From Felis catus (taxonomy: Eukaryota), in contig NC_058368.1 of NCBI RefSeq assembly GCF_018350175.1, forward strand, positions 30,506,001-30,570,000: a stretch of 64,000 bases of DNA, read 5' to 3'. The notes beneath the pieces are model-generated. The model was not told where the DNA came from, did not search any database, and saw only the letters and a list, made by a program, of their open reading frames with translations. A program made the position numbers and the translations under genes. Below, in pieces: positions 49,935 through 63,331 of the stretch (the first letter of the stretch is position 1; every line of letters starts with the position of its first letter).

Positions 49935-51588
49935 GATTCAGGGCCTAAAATGATATTAAATTGCATTATTTTCCCCCATCTATCTTATTTTGAACATTGT
50001 CATTACAGTTATGAAAAATAAAATCTGTAAGGTCATCAACCATTTGTATTTAACAAAGAAGGTCAAGGAAATTCCCCCTGCCCTTAAGAAGTCTATAATC
50101 TATTAAAGGGCACCAATTTCCATTTAAAATTTCAGAATGCATTTCTAGAAATCAGCAACTTAGTCATACACAAATACTTTGAAGTGGAGCAAATTCAGTA
50201 CCAGAAAGGATACAGGTTTTAATGGTAATCAGCTGAGTTCACATTTTTGCGAGGTGGTTTGTAGGAGTGTTTTCCTCTTCTAGCAAAACTTCTTTTGTAC
50301 CTGCAAACTCTCAGGTCTCATCTACGTACACCAGTTAAACAACTTGCTCAGCATTTGAGTGGCACTTCAGTAAAAACGGAATTGACACCCAAGGATCTTT
50401 TTCTACACCTCAGTGCATACCTGTTATTTCTTGCACACACTTCTGTGTTAAGTCCTTATATTCGATATAAGAGTATGCAATTGGGTTACTGTTAGCCTGG
50501 AAATGGATTTTCTTTTTTCCTGAATATGTCATGATTTTAGTGTGCAAAAGAACAGCAATTCATTGCCTCGTGTATTCCTTTAGAAACTAAAAATCAGGGT
50601 GTTCTAGAGTTGTTTTAAGTCTAGTAATAATAACAACCTATATTTATTGAGTAACTTGTATATACCAACCATTTCTCATGTATTATTTCTCAATCGAGCT
50701 TCATATTATTTTTGCCCCGGTTATTAGAGATTGCTATATTGGCATAGATTTTTGGTCTTTGTTTATGCACAGTGTTTTTGATTTATTTTCTTCCAAACTT
50801 CAAGGGCAAACGCATTCTTTATCCACAGAAAGAATTGCTGTTGTCTGGAAATTTATTGTGATGTGATCATGAATTCTTATACTCCGGTGGGATAAATTTG
50901 AACTCAGGATCATCTAGAACATAATCAGAATGGTAAATGTGTGAAGGTTGTTGATCCTTATGTGTCAGCATGTGCCAGATTATCCTACACAGTGTATGTA
51001 AAATTCATTAGCATAGGAACTATCAGATTTAAAATAAACAGAGTTTAAGACTGCATTAAGAACAGTGAAGAATTAGGTTCTCAGTAGAGATGAACAGTAT
51101 TGAAATGCTTGTTAACTATCTCTTAAGCACTACTGCACGTGCTCTTTGGATGCTTTTTAGCATAATAAATCTATTTCTGTGGTTCAAATGTAATGTATCG
51201 AGAAAGACAACATGCTCTGCCCTGAATTTAAGAAAACATGTGGGTATGATGCTGGATTTTGATGATCCATTCAACCTGGAATTTAGCCTAGACATGATTC
51301 ACTAAAACTTAGATTGAAAAGAAATAAAACAAACCTCATCCTCCACAGACTTGTGTTAAGTTTTGCTTTAGAAACAGATGGCAAAGTAGAAAAGCTGGTG
51401 GGAAATTGATTGAATTTGAAAAATCAGATGTGGAAAACTCTAGTAATTCAACCAATTCAATAGCCTGTTTTGGCATTTCAGAACTTTTCTTCACTGCATA
51501 CCCTCAAGAATGTTTTTCCTATGTGGTTAGGAGCAACAGGTGATTATTATTTCTTTAACTTTTTCCTTGAGAAAACTCTTTCTTTTCC

Positions 51589-53898
51589 CTTTTTTTTTTC
51601 AAATTTTAAGTATTTTATTTTTATTTTTAAGTATTTATTTAACTTCAAGTTAATTAACATACAGTGTAGTATTGGTTTCATGAGTAGAACCCAGTAATTC
51701 ATCACTTACACATAACACCCAGTGCTCATTCTGACAAGCGCCCTCCTTAATGCCCATCATCCATTTGGCTCATCTTCCCACTCACCTCACTTCAGGAACC
51801 CACAGATTGTTCTGTGTATTTAAGAGTCTCTTATGGTTTGCCTCTCTCTGTGTTTTTATCTTATTTTTCTTTCCCTTCCCCAATCTTTATCTTTTTTGTT
51901 TCTTAAATTCCACATATGAGTGAAATCATATATTTGTCTCTCTCTGATTGACTTAAGTCCGTTTAGCATAATACTGTCTAGTTCCGTCCACGTTGTTGCA
52001 AATGGCAAGAGGGCAAGATTTCATTCTTTTGGATTGGCAAGTAGTATACCTTATATATATACCACATCTTTTTCATCCATTCATCTGTCTATGGACATTT
52101 AGTTCTTTCCATAATTTAGCTATTGTTTATAGTGCTCCCACAAACACTGGGATGCATTTGCCCCTTTGAATCAGCACTTTTGTATCTTGGATATATACCT
52201 TGGAGGTGCAATTGCTGACTCATGGGATAGTTCTATTTTTAATTTTTTTGAGGAACCTCCATACTATTCTCCAAAGTGGCTGCACCAGTTTACATTCCCA
52301 CCAACAGTGCAAAAGTGTTCCCCTTTCTCATCATCCTCGCCAACATCTGTTTTTGCCTGAGTTGTTAATTTTAGCCATTCTGTCTGCTGTGAGGTGGTAT
52401 CTCACTGTGGTTTTGATATCTATTTCCCTGATGATGAGTGATGTTGAGCATCTTTTCATGTGTCTGTTTGCCATTTTGATGTCTTCTTTGGTAAAGTGTC
52501 TATTCATGTCTTCTACCCATTTCTTCACTGGATTATTTGTTTTTTTGGGTGATGAGTTTGATATGTTCTTTATAGAGTTTGGATACTAACCCTTTATCCA
52601 ATATGTCATTTGCAAACATCTTCTCCCATTCTGTCAATTGCCTTTTAGTTTTGTTGATTGTGTATTTTTTCGGTGAAGAAGCTTTTTATCTTGATGAGGT
52701 CCCAATAGTTCAGTTTTGCTTTTGTTTCCCTTGCCTCCAGAGACATGTCTAGTAAGAAGTTGTTGCAGTGAGGGTAAGGTCAAATCCAGTGAAGGAATGG
52801 AGTTGTTGCCTGTTCTCCTCCCTAGGATTTTGATGGTTTCCTGTCTCACATTTAGGACTTTGACCCATTTTGAGTTTTTGTGTATGGTGTGAGACAGTAG
52901 TCCAGTTTCATTCTTCTGCATGTTGCTGTCCCGTTTTCCCAGCGCTCTTTGCTAAAGAGACTTGTCTTTTTTCCATTGGATACTCTTTGCTTCTTTGTCA
53001 AGTATTAGTTAGCCATACATTTTTGGGTCCATTTCTAGGTTCTCTTTTCTGTCCCATTGGTCTATGTGTCTGTTTTTGTGCCAGTACCATACTGTCCTGA
53101 TGATTACAGCTTTGTGATATAGCTTAAAGTCTGGAATTGTGATGCCTACAGCTTTGCTTTTCTTTTTCAACATTTATTTGGCTATTTAGGGCCTTTTGGT
53201 TCCATACAAATTTTAGGATTATTTGTTCTAGCTCTGTGGAGAATGCTGGTGTTATTTTGATAGGGGTTGCATTGCATGTGTAGATTGCTTTGGGTAGTAT
53301 CGACATTTTAACAATATTTGTTCTTCTCATCCATGAGCATGGAATGTTTTTCCATTTCTTTGTGTCTTCTTCAATTTCTTTCATAAGCTTTCTATAATTT
53401 TAAGCATACAGATCTTTTATCTCTTTGGTTAGGTTTATTCCTAAGTATCTTATGGTTTTTGTGCAAATGTAAATGGGATCGATTCCTTGATTTCTCTTTC
53501 TGCTGTTTCATTATTGGTATGTAGAAATGCAACTTATTTCTGTACATTGATTTTATATCCTGCGACTTTGCTGAATTCCTATATCAGTTCTAGCAGTTTT
53601 TTGGTGGAGTCTTTTGGGTTTTCCATGTAGAGTATCACGTCATCTGTGAAGAGTGAAAGTTTGACTTCTTTGCCAATTTGTATGCCTTCTATTTCTTCTT
53701 GTCTGATTGCTGAGGCTAGGACTTCCAGTGCTATGTTGAACAACAGTGGTGAGAGTGGACATCCCTGTTATATTCCTGACCTTAGGAGGAAAGATGTTAG
53801 TTTTTCCCCATTGAGGATGATATTAGCTGTGGGGCTTTCGTATATGGCTTTTATGATGTTGAGTCATGTTCCTTCTATCCCTACTTTCTTGAGGGTTT
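51589..53898 (-). mobile_element. 5'-truncated carnivore L1 (about 2.3 kb) with pseudogenised ORF2
   Basis: ORF-track peptides [24 protein letters not shown] (53124-53384) and [37 protein letters not shown] (52331-52528) are L1 ORF2. The RT FADD motif reads FTDD near 53640. Carnivore 3' UTR and T-tail at about 51590-51960. Confidence 0.96.
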
Positions 53899-54089
53899 AG
53901 GGACCTTTACTTCTTATTTGAAAAGTCTCTACTGTGAAAAGTATTTCCAAAAAGCATGCATTTTACCATCTATTAATTTCATGCTTTGAATTCTGCTTGA
54001 AAAATTTTCTCACTCCTTAATGTGCATGCCTTACAACATTTGTAGAAGTTCTCAGGTCTGTCTACCTTAATTACTACTTAGCCAGTGAT

Positions 54090-54139
<50 letters not shown>

Positions 54140-54155
54140 CGCACGCGCGCATATA
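54090..54155. repeat. Compound (TA)(TG)n(CG)n microsatellite
   Basis: 66 bp of uninterrupted purine/pyrimidine alternation. Confidence 0.96.
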
Positions 54156-56013
54156 GTCACTTCTCTTTGAGGGATTCATAAATGAAACCCGTTTATGTAA
54201 TGTTTATTCTTTACTGAATTATTTTTAATTTTCATTTCTAGGTTTTATGTTCTGTGACCATCTCTTTTCAGACCCAGTTTTCCTGGCATCTTCCAATTCA
54301 ATATGAGAGGAACTTATGAATTTTAGAATAAGAGACTCAAAATGAAGCCAAGAGATATAATTTGGAAAACATCAAAGCCTATTAAAAAATAAAATAAAAA
54401 TAAATGATGTATGTTGCCACAAAATCAAAATCAGGGAGTATTTGTACTGATGAGTGGCCAGAATGACATATTAAAACCAATTTATTTTTTTTCCCTTTAC
54501 CATATGGAATAAGGTACATTGTTAGACCAGTCCACACAATCTTCATGTTGACTTTGTTTTTGTCGAGAGTATCAAAGCAACATGATGACCCCTTGAAAAG
54601 ATATATTGCCATAGGGAGTCAATAGATAAGGCTATCTCTTCTCCTCAGTCACTCATGGCCCTGACATGCTCTCCTGAAGAAGTGATGATTGAAAAAAGAG
54701 CTAATGAAGTAGCCTCCAAAGTGAAGGTGACATGTGTCAACTATACTCAAATAAATACATAAACAAACAAAATCAGAATGGCAATAGAAAAACAAAAACA
54801 AAAACAACAACAGCACAAAAGTAACTCTCCCCCATATCACCCCACACACAAAATCCCCCCAAAACAAAGTAGAGATAACATACCCTGGAGCACCAATGTA
54901 CAAAACATTCCATTTGTGGAGCACTAAGATAGTAATAGATGTTACATATGTGTATTTATCTACAAATTAGAAAGAAAGCACATTTGACCATTATTTAATA
55001 GTATGTGGACACACATGGGTGCCCTAAATTGATCTCTATGGTCAGACCTGAGCCATGTTCAGGAGTGGAAGTTCTCTACTGGGAAGCAACCAATGTTCAC
55101 TCTTCTGTTGGCTCAATGTACATGGAGATATATCACAATACACTTTTGCACAGGTCATATTGTGTAAGATTATATTGTCAACCACGTCAATTGTCACCAA
55201 ATGAACAGATTGCTTGAAAAAATAGTGACCAGATGGAGGTACCAACTGAAGAACACACTAATAATAATGCAAGGAGAGTGAACAAGAAAATGGCAGAGCT
55301 GAGTCTCCCATTCCTGGTTTGAGCCCTTCCTAGGACACATTGTGAAGTAAAGCAATTACGATCTACTCAGAGAGTTCACAGAATGCCTTGGGAAATTAGC
55401 TGATGTTACTAGGAAGCCTAGGACACTAAAAGAGGAGGACAAAGTTCTATAACGTTTTCAGTTATGCTTAACATTTTTGTGATACCTAATGCAGCACTCT
55501 GTGTCTTCACTAAGCATAAAGACACATGTTTGAAAACCTCTGAGATGTCCTGTCTATTAACAGAATTCAAAATGCCACTTTGTTTTCATAGTATAATAAA
55601 AAATGGCTGAAACCAGAATAGAGAACTGTACGATAGAAACTAAAATACATCCCTTTGGCAGTAAATACTGGCACAGAGAAAATACTGTTTAATATTTGAA
55701 GAAACAAGTATTAGAACAAATTCACAATGTGGGAGGTTTGCTGTGCAGTTGGTTGAAGGAACAGATGTTTCTAACACGCCTGAGCTTATGGTATCTGCAA
55801 GATTTTGTTTTAATAATGAAATATAAAAGTAATTATTTTTGTGAGCCACTTGACTGAAGAAAAAGATGTACTGGACTTATACTTAAATGCAGACATTTTA
55901 CAGACAAATTATGTAGGTATAAACTCTTATATAGTGGCAGCTTGGCTGACATTTATGACCGATTATGGGGCAAAGGCACAGAGTTAGCAGCACATTTAAA
56001 ATATTTTCATTCT

Positions 56014-56178
56014 AGGCACCCGGGTGGCTCAGTTCGTTAAGTGTCAGCTCTTGATTTTGGCACAGATCATGATCTCACAGTTTGTGAGACTGAGCTAGAG
56101 ATTCTCTCTCTCCCTCTCTGCCCTTCCCCCACTCACATGTGCACTCTGTCTCTCTCAAAATAAATAAATAAATAACCT
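56014..56178 (+). mobile_element. Can-SINE (internally deleted)
   Basis: TSD aaaatattttcattct (55998-56013) with an imperfect second copy at 56179-56197 (longer T-run). Confidence 0.92.
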
Positions 56179-56291
56179 AAAGATTTTTTTTCATTCTGTG
56201 ATAATTCATAGCAGAGGAGTTGAAGTCAGAAGTATGCAAAGTGCTGTGGTATATCTCTGGGTTTATAAATACAACGATAATGTTAGATGGC

Positions 56292-56500
56292 ATTAATACA
56301 AACTTCCCCTGAGCCAGAGTCTATTCTTTAGTGACTTCCATATTAACTCATTTAGTCATCAAAACTCTTGGAGGGTGATACAGTTACAGTGTCTTTTCTC
56401 AGATTAGGAAACTGAGGCATAGAGAAGTTCATAAACCTCCTGAAGACCATAACACTGGAACATAGGCCAAGCTACTCTGGTCAGTCTGATTCTAGAGACA
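56292..56500 (-). mobile_element. MIR
   Basis: attaactcatttagtc...tctcagattaggaaactgaggcatagagaagtt. Confidence 0.8.
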
Positions 56501-57365
56501 ATTATTGAATTCTGTCTATATACTTTTGTGAGGTACCTTTTTTCAGCTATTATATATATATGTATATGTATATATACATGTATACATATGTGTATATATA
56601 TATATTATATATATTAAATATATATACTTCTATAGATAAAATATATATACTTTAATTTGTTTGACAATATATATAATAACTATATGTATACACAATGAAC
56701 AGAATATAGAAGCAGCAGACTTTCAAGTCACAGCATATTTAATTTCATTTCTCATAAAAATATTATTGAAGACATTTTTTAGTTTTCAATAATATTGAAC
56801 TAAGGAGCTTCTTAGTGTCTTTAGTAAGTACTATTGAAAAACAATTTTTAAATTTTATCCTTGGAATACCCTTTACATTTTCTATTTTCATGTACATTTT
56901 TTCATATACATAGCATATTTATAACCATATATAATGTGTGTGTGTTCATGAGAGTGTCCCTGTGTGTGTGTATCTGTACACACTTTAATTAGGCTGCAAG
57001 TGCAAAAATTTTACTGATGTGGGTACAATAAAACACTTTTGGGGATTGGTGAAGTAAAGAAAGAATTGGTACTAAATAAGAAAAGAAACTGGAAAAAGCA
57101 TGAGAGATAGTGGGAAGGGGATTGTATAGGTTCTATATTGGCAGTAACCGTGGGGAATTGATAGAAATGCAGGGAGGAGAGTATGGATGGAGCATAGAGA
57201 GCAAGAAAATTGATGAGCGTGGTATGTGATGAGTGTGGAAAGGGTGTTTTGGAGAAAAGTTAGAAGGGTTTGTTCTGAGGCCATGGCAGAAGGAGGTCAG
57301 AGGGAGATGATGAAGCTTGGACTAGGCAGGTGGTATAGAAATGAAGGAAAGACACATGGAGAAAG

Positions 57366-57416
57366 ATCTGTCTATCATCCATCCACCCATCCATCCATCT
57401 ATCCATCTATCCATCT
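57366..57416. repeat. (TCCA/TCTA)n tetranucleotide repeat
   Basis: Seen directly in the sequence. Confidence 0.9.
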
Positions 57417-59204
57417 ATTAAAGAGGAAATGATTGTCATGGTGATAAAGGGCAAGGCCATGGAAGGTAAACAGGAGGAGTCAGCAGTTTGATAAGTAGGC
57501 TTTTAATTGCCTACTAAATTAAAAACTAAAACTAAAATTGAACATGTAAATGTTATTTTATTACTATAATTTTTTAATTTTCTTTATACTTTCTGATATT
57601 TAAGAGTCACTTGAAACAATTCAGCATTGAGTTTATCACTATATGAAGTTCTTAATAATCGGCAAACAAATACTTAAAGGGACTTAAAGTTTTATTATTA
57701 TTATTATTTTTATAAACTGAGGAATTGTTTTGGTCTCCTGAGTAAGTCCTTCCTCTAACTTACGAGTCTGTGAGAACTTTAAGTGCCCGTTTTAATCAGG
57801 TACAAGTCTGTCCCATCCAGAGATGCATCTCAAAGGAAAGACACAGCACACATACGATCTTCATAGTTCCTTCTCTCTGAGTATTATTATTACTTTTTTA
57901 GAAAATCTTTTTCTTTGGACTTCTAAGAGTTTAGTCTTAATAACTACCTCCTTCCAGTTGCATACAAGTGAAGGAAAAAGCTCTCCTTTCTTTTGAGAGG
58001 GGAGAAGGGGCACTCTGGCTCTGGGGTTGCTTGTTGAAGGTCACCGTGGAATGGGATGGTGAGATGTGGATCTAAAGCTCCAGAACTTTGAGACTGGAGG
58101 TGGGGCTGGAGAAGTGTTCTTGAAGATTATGAAGTTTTGTCTCTCATCCATGTTGCGTTACAAAAATAATGGAAGATTTCCAAAGCTTTCCTTATAAAAA
58201 TGCCCATTTATTCTGAATCTCTGAAGAGACCCTGTGAGACTATGAGTCAACAGAAAGTCTTCAGTGCAAAAAAAAATTTAAGTAAATAAATGAATAATCC
58301 AGGAAATCATAGTGAGAAGGAGTTTTATGAACTTTGCGATATGGGAAGAAAGTAAAAAAGTAAAATCAGGCTCTGTGGTGGCAGATATTTAATTAACTTG
58401 AAATTTAAAATGCCAGGGATTCTGTGAATTTTGTGAGAATTGTGTATTTTGAGAAAGTTTTCTTAAACTTCTTTCTATATGCAATATGATATATTCAATA
58501 TGAATTAAAAAATACTTTCGAATATTTATTTTGGAAATGCAGGGCATATTGACATATTTTAGGGAAACAGAGGATTCACGATCCATTAGTTCCAATCTAT
58601 CAGATTCCTTTTACTTGGTGTGTTAATATAAATGACATTAGAATTAATAGATGCTTCTCCAGATCGGGCATACCTGGCTGTTAAGAGCCCTTAAGCAGCT
58701 TCTCTCCCTCTAATGGAACAATATGAGGCTAGAGTATAAGGAGTGAAAAGATGCAGGGTCATTATTATATCCTATGAATCTCTGCCATATAATAGCAGGT
58801 AGCTAATTAAGACAAAGATTTTTCAGTTAGATATTGGAAATTTTGAAGTGCCCACTGCCCTGTTCACTTTATCTATCTTATTTCATGTCTGGAGATTTTC
58901 ATGTTAAACTTATATTAAAAGCACAGAAGGGTGAAAATGGAAGGAGTTATTTTCCTGACACAAAATTTTGGTTCATCCTGCAATTGCGATTTACCTACAT
59001 TTTGAGTTTCAAGTTTTTCCCCTCCCACTTAGACCTCACATTAGTGAGTCATGAATGAAGTCCTTCTTAGTGTAATACACTTTGTTGTTGTTGTATCTGG
59101 ATTAAATGATTAGATCTACTTTACCAAGGTAAAAAACCAAAAAGGCATCCATTTGGGCCAGCGAAGGTAGAAGTGACTTCAGCCCTTAAAAATTAGTTAT
59201 AATT

Positions 59205-59586
59205 GGGGCACCTGGGTGGCTCAGTCAGTTAAGTCCAGGTCTGGCTTGCTGCTGTTATCTCAGAGCCTGGAGCCTGCTTCCGATTCTGTCTCTCCCTCTC
59301 TCTCTGCCCCTCCCCGGCTCACGCTCTGTCTCTCTCTCTCAAAAATAAGCAAACATCGGGGCGCCTGGGTGGCGCAGTCGGTTAAGCGTCCGACTTCAGC
59401 CAGGTCACGATCTCGCGGTCTGTGAGTTCGAGCTCCGCGTCGGGCTCTGGGCTGATGGCTCAGAGCCTGGAGCCTGTTTCCGATTCTGTGTCTCCCTCTC
59501 TCTCTGCCCCTCCCCTGTTCATGCTCTGTCTCTCTCTGTCCCAAAAATAAATAAATGTTGAAAAAAAATAAGCAAACATAAAAAAA
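59205..59586 (+). mobile_element. Can-SINE (internally rearranged) hosting a younger SINE in its tail
   Basis: Outer TSD aaaaattagttataatt / aaaaatcgttttaatt. Confidence 0.9.
59358..59563 (+). mobile_element. Young felid Can-SINE nested in an older SINE tail
   Basis: Perfect TSD aaaaataagcaaacat at 59341-59356 and 59564-59579. CpGs largely intact. Confidence 0.97.
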
Positions 59587-60111
59587 TCGTTTTAATTAAA
59601 AAGATTAATTGTAATTTCTCTGTATGTGACATGCAAACATCATCAGACAGGATTGGAACATTTATTGTGCTTGCATCACTAGAAAACTTTAGGGGGGGAC
59701 AGCACACATTAGAGATAACAATTTGGTGAAAATGTGTTAAGCATGCCCACTGTTCCCTCCTAGGGAAACGCGGCTATTAATAAGATCTCCACTTTCTTTC
59801 TCGTTGAGCTTTAGATTCCTTAACACAGGCAATACCAGTAACTGATACTTAGCACTTGGCATACGAATTAAAACACATCTGTCTTTGCTTACTTACAATG
59901 GGAAGATTATAACCAACATCTTGTGTAAGAAAAAGAATAGGTTATGAATATGCAGAAACATTCATTCATGGGAAGCACCGTAACATAGCGAGCTCAGGGG
60001 TAGTATGTGGTACTGAGACTGGGGAGCCTTTTGACTGTTAGGTCTGCTACCCCAGTTATCCCACGGATCAGATTGCCTTCCCTTTTCATTTCCTATTAAA
60101 TCTCCAACAGA

Positions 60112-60323
60112 GGGCTGCCTGGGTGGCTCAGTCAGTGAAGCGTCTGACCCCTGGTTTCAATGCAGGTCATGATCTCACGGTTCGTGAGTTTGAGCCCCGC
60201 ATGTGGCTCTATGCTGATAGTGTGGAACCAGCTTGGGATTCGCTCTCTCCCTCTCTCTCTGCCACTCCCCTGCTTGTGTTTCTCTCCCCAAATAGATAAA
60301 TAAAACTTTAAAAAATTAAAAAA
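60112..60323 (+). mobile_element. Can-SINE
   Basis: TSD atctc(c/t)aacagag on both sides. Confidence 0.95.
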
Positions 60324-60467
60324 ATATCTCTAACAGAGAAGAGGAAAAATTGATGAGGAAACGTGATTTGGACCAAATGGAAAGGTCTTTTGAGGGAGGA
60401 GTTTCCAAGAGAGAAGTCAACAGTGGTATTGCTTGAATTACATGAATTTTAAAAAATATTTTCTAGA

Positions 60468-60671
60468 GGGGCGCCTGGGTGGCTCAGTCGGTTGAGAGAC
60501 CGACTTCGGCTCAGGTCATGATCTCATGGTTTGTGAGTTCGAGCCCCGCGTCGGGCTCTGTGCTGACAGCTCAGAGCCTGGAGCCTGCTTCTGATTCTGT
60601 GTCTCCCTCTCTCTCTGCCCCTCCCTCACTCATGCTCTGTCTCTCTCTGTCTCAGAAATAAATAAACATTA
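60468..60671 (+). mobile_element. Can-SINE
   Basis: Perfect TSD aaaaaatattttctaga at 60451-60467 and 60672-60688, at a TT/AAAA endonuclease site. Confidence 0.97.
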
Positions 60672-60898
60672 AAAAAATATTTTCTAGAAATTTTAATTTA
60701 TTTATTAATGATTAAAGACATCGATATAATTTTCCTTCAAAACTTCCCATGTAATACTAAAATACCACTTAATTAGAAAAAAGTCTGAGTAGTTAAAAAA
60801 GGTAAAAATAAAATGATTGCCAAATGATGTTGACAATTATTAAAATAATTTTTTTAAATGACCCTTTTGCATATTATTTTTCCTAAGAATATCTTTGA

Positions 60899-61091
60899 GA
60901 GGCGCCTGGGTGGCTCAGTTCACTAAGCATCTGACTTCAGGTCATGATCTCACAATTCGTGGGTTTGAGCCCCAGGATGGGCTCTATGCTGACAGCTTCA
61001 GATTCTGTGTCTCCCTTTCTCTCTGCCCCTCCCCTACTTGCACTCTGTCTGTCTCTCTCAAAAATAAGCATTAAAAAAATTACAAAAAAAA
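60899..61091 (+). mobile_element. Can-SINE
   Basis: TSD aagaat(a/t)tctttga on both sides. Confidence 0.95.
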
Positions 61092-61239
61092 AAGAATTTC
61101 TTTGATTATGACTTTATCCTGGTGTGACTTGTACACAGATATTTTGTAGAAATGTTTCCACTGAGGATACGAAATATAATTTCGTCCAGATACCAAAACA
61201 TCCTAAGCATGCGCCAGAATTGGGTGAAGTTTTAGATGA

Positions 61240-61743
61240 TGCATTAGTTACGTATTGCTGCATAACAAATGATATCAAAGCTTAGTGGCTTAAAATGACA
61301 AAGATTCATTATTTCAAAGTTTCTGTGGCCCACGAATGTAGGTGCATGTAGGTGTCTATGGTTCAGGTTTTCTCACGGATGTTGACCCAGATGCAGTCCT
61401 GTCAAGGCGCGTGTGGGGAAAGATCTGCTTCCGTATTCACTCAGTGGCTACTTCAGGCACAGGTCGTCACTGGTTGTTGGCCACTTCCTTGCCACGTGGG
61501 CCTCTCCAGAAAGTGGTCACATGGCGGCTGGCTTGCCTGAGAGCAAGACAGCAAGACAGTAAGGGAGGGCAAACAAGACAGAAGCCACCGACCTTTTGAA
61601 AATTAATGGCAGAGATGTCTTATATCACCTTTGTTGTATTCTGTGTATTGGAAAGGAGTCACTATGTCCAGTCCACGTATAAAGGAAAAGGATGACACAG
61701 GACTTACAGGAGTCAAGGAGGCCATCTTAGAAGTTGTACCACA
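61240..61743 (-). mobile_element. MaLR solo LTR, MLT1F-like
   Basis: tgcattagtta...tattgctgcataacaaat...cttagtggcttaaaa...ggccatcttagaag...taccaca. TSD gatga / gaaga. Confidence 0.92.
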
Positions 61744-63331
61744 GAAGATATGTAATACATTTTAAAGCAGCCACTTATTTGGGCTTTTTATGCTAACAAA
61801 TTTTTTTTTCAACACCATCAAAAAATTAATGATCCTTTGATTATTTTGTTTGTTAAAGCTAATTGAAGCCTTTGGGAAGTAGATTATCGAATTCAACAAC
61901 TCATTTGGATGTATGAGACATTTTTGCCAAGTACAATCAGGAGAAAGATCCCATGATTTTCCTTGAAATAATGTTAAATGAGGCTTTATTTGTAGAGAAA
62001 ATCAAGTCTGTTTACTCTGGAGATTTCATTCAAGATAAAATATGTAACGTAAGGATTTGGGTATTTTAAAACATATCCACTAAAGTCATTGGAAATTTTG
62101 TATGTCATCTAACTTCATCTTACGACCGCTTTCAATCAGTTTTCCCTTTTCTTTCCCTGTTTTTCAATCCCCGAAAACAAAGAGATTCCTTATCTTTTCC
62201 ATTCTTAAATAATTTCTCGATTTACAGTAACATTGCTCTAAAATAAATATTCTTTGCACTTCTGCACAAGGGACTGAGTGACCATAGTAATTCTGAAGGA
62301 ATAGACAATGATGAATAAATGTGTGATAGCCCCAAATCTTGTATTTTGAAGATGGATCATCCTTCAGGAGAGAAATCAGTATAATAGGACAAGAGTGTTT
62401 ATCATATGTTACAAACAAAGCCTGCTTTGTCAGCCATTATTTAGTATGATATCCAAAACATATCTGCAATTTTGTTCAGACATCTATCTTTACTAGAGTT
62501 CTGGTAGTGGAAATCTTCAGAGTTCTCAAGACTTCAAGAATGTTTTAGTGTTACCTATGCTATGTTGTATTATATTCAAATATGTTTCATCCGATCACTA
62601 TAAGCAACTTCCTCCTGAGATATTATTTGATGAATAATTCTCCTTTGTTTCAGTAAGGTCACCGTAATAGCCAGGCATATTTTGGTTGTATTATTAACAA
62701 GGATACCTATTTTGTCTATATAGAAGAAGAAATTATTAGCATATTTTTTGGTTAACAGTCAGCTTATGTTTTCTGCACTATGTCCTTACTCGCTCTCAGA
62801 TTAGTACAGGCTATATGTAGAAATGAATTCTTCCAGACCACTGTAAATATCTGTTATAACGTACTCTTTTTATGTTTCCAATCCTACCTTTAAATTATTT
62901 GACATTCTCATCATTGCTAAGAATTTTTCTGTCCTCTACCAGTTTCTAATTATTTATTTAAAACTGTTTTCTATTACAAGAAAGTGAGGGCTTGAATCTA
63001 TTTAAATATAGATATATCTTTCCTTGAGAATTTGGATTTAACTTAGTAAAAACAAAATGTAACCATCATTCCTATTTACCTAGTACTCCCTGTCTTCTGG
63101 AAACTTAGTTCATGTGATCAACATACATCTGGAAATTGAATGGCTAAATTTGGCATTCAATTTTGGTATAGAACAGTATCAACCCAAAGAATATTCAAAA
63201 GGTGAAATGAAAGTTAGACCTATTTTTTAGGATTTTTATCAATATTTAATCTGGGATCCAGCGCCAGTCCCAACGAAATGGAACAAGGGAAGGAGGAATC
63301 ACTTGTTTTCTAATTTTTTAAAAACACCTTT

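Larger units (their letters stand above)
55420..56550 (+). pseudogene. Decayed hAT-Charlie/Buster transposase (internally deleted DNA transposon), split by a SINE and a MIR
   Basis: Manual plus-strand translation gives KMAE, KLKYIPLAVNT, YLKKQVLEQI, CGRFAVQLVEGTDVSNTPELMVSARFCFNNEI (55728-55823), GKGTELAAHLKYFH[SINE], EELKSEVCKVL and SIYFCEVPF (about 56515-56545). Confidence 0.88.

Noticed and set aside
55640..55849. Minus-strand 69-aa ORF
   Set aside because: It is the antisense shadow of the plus-strand Charlie transposase fossil.
61100..62610. Possible endogenous viral element or retrocopy (relatively stop-poor plus frame around the MLT1F LTR)
   Set aside because: Manual translation still has about 8 stops in about 225 codons and shows no bornavirus or filovirus L, RT or transposase motif that I recognise. 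A BLASTX of the repeat-stripped sequence would settle it.
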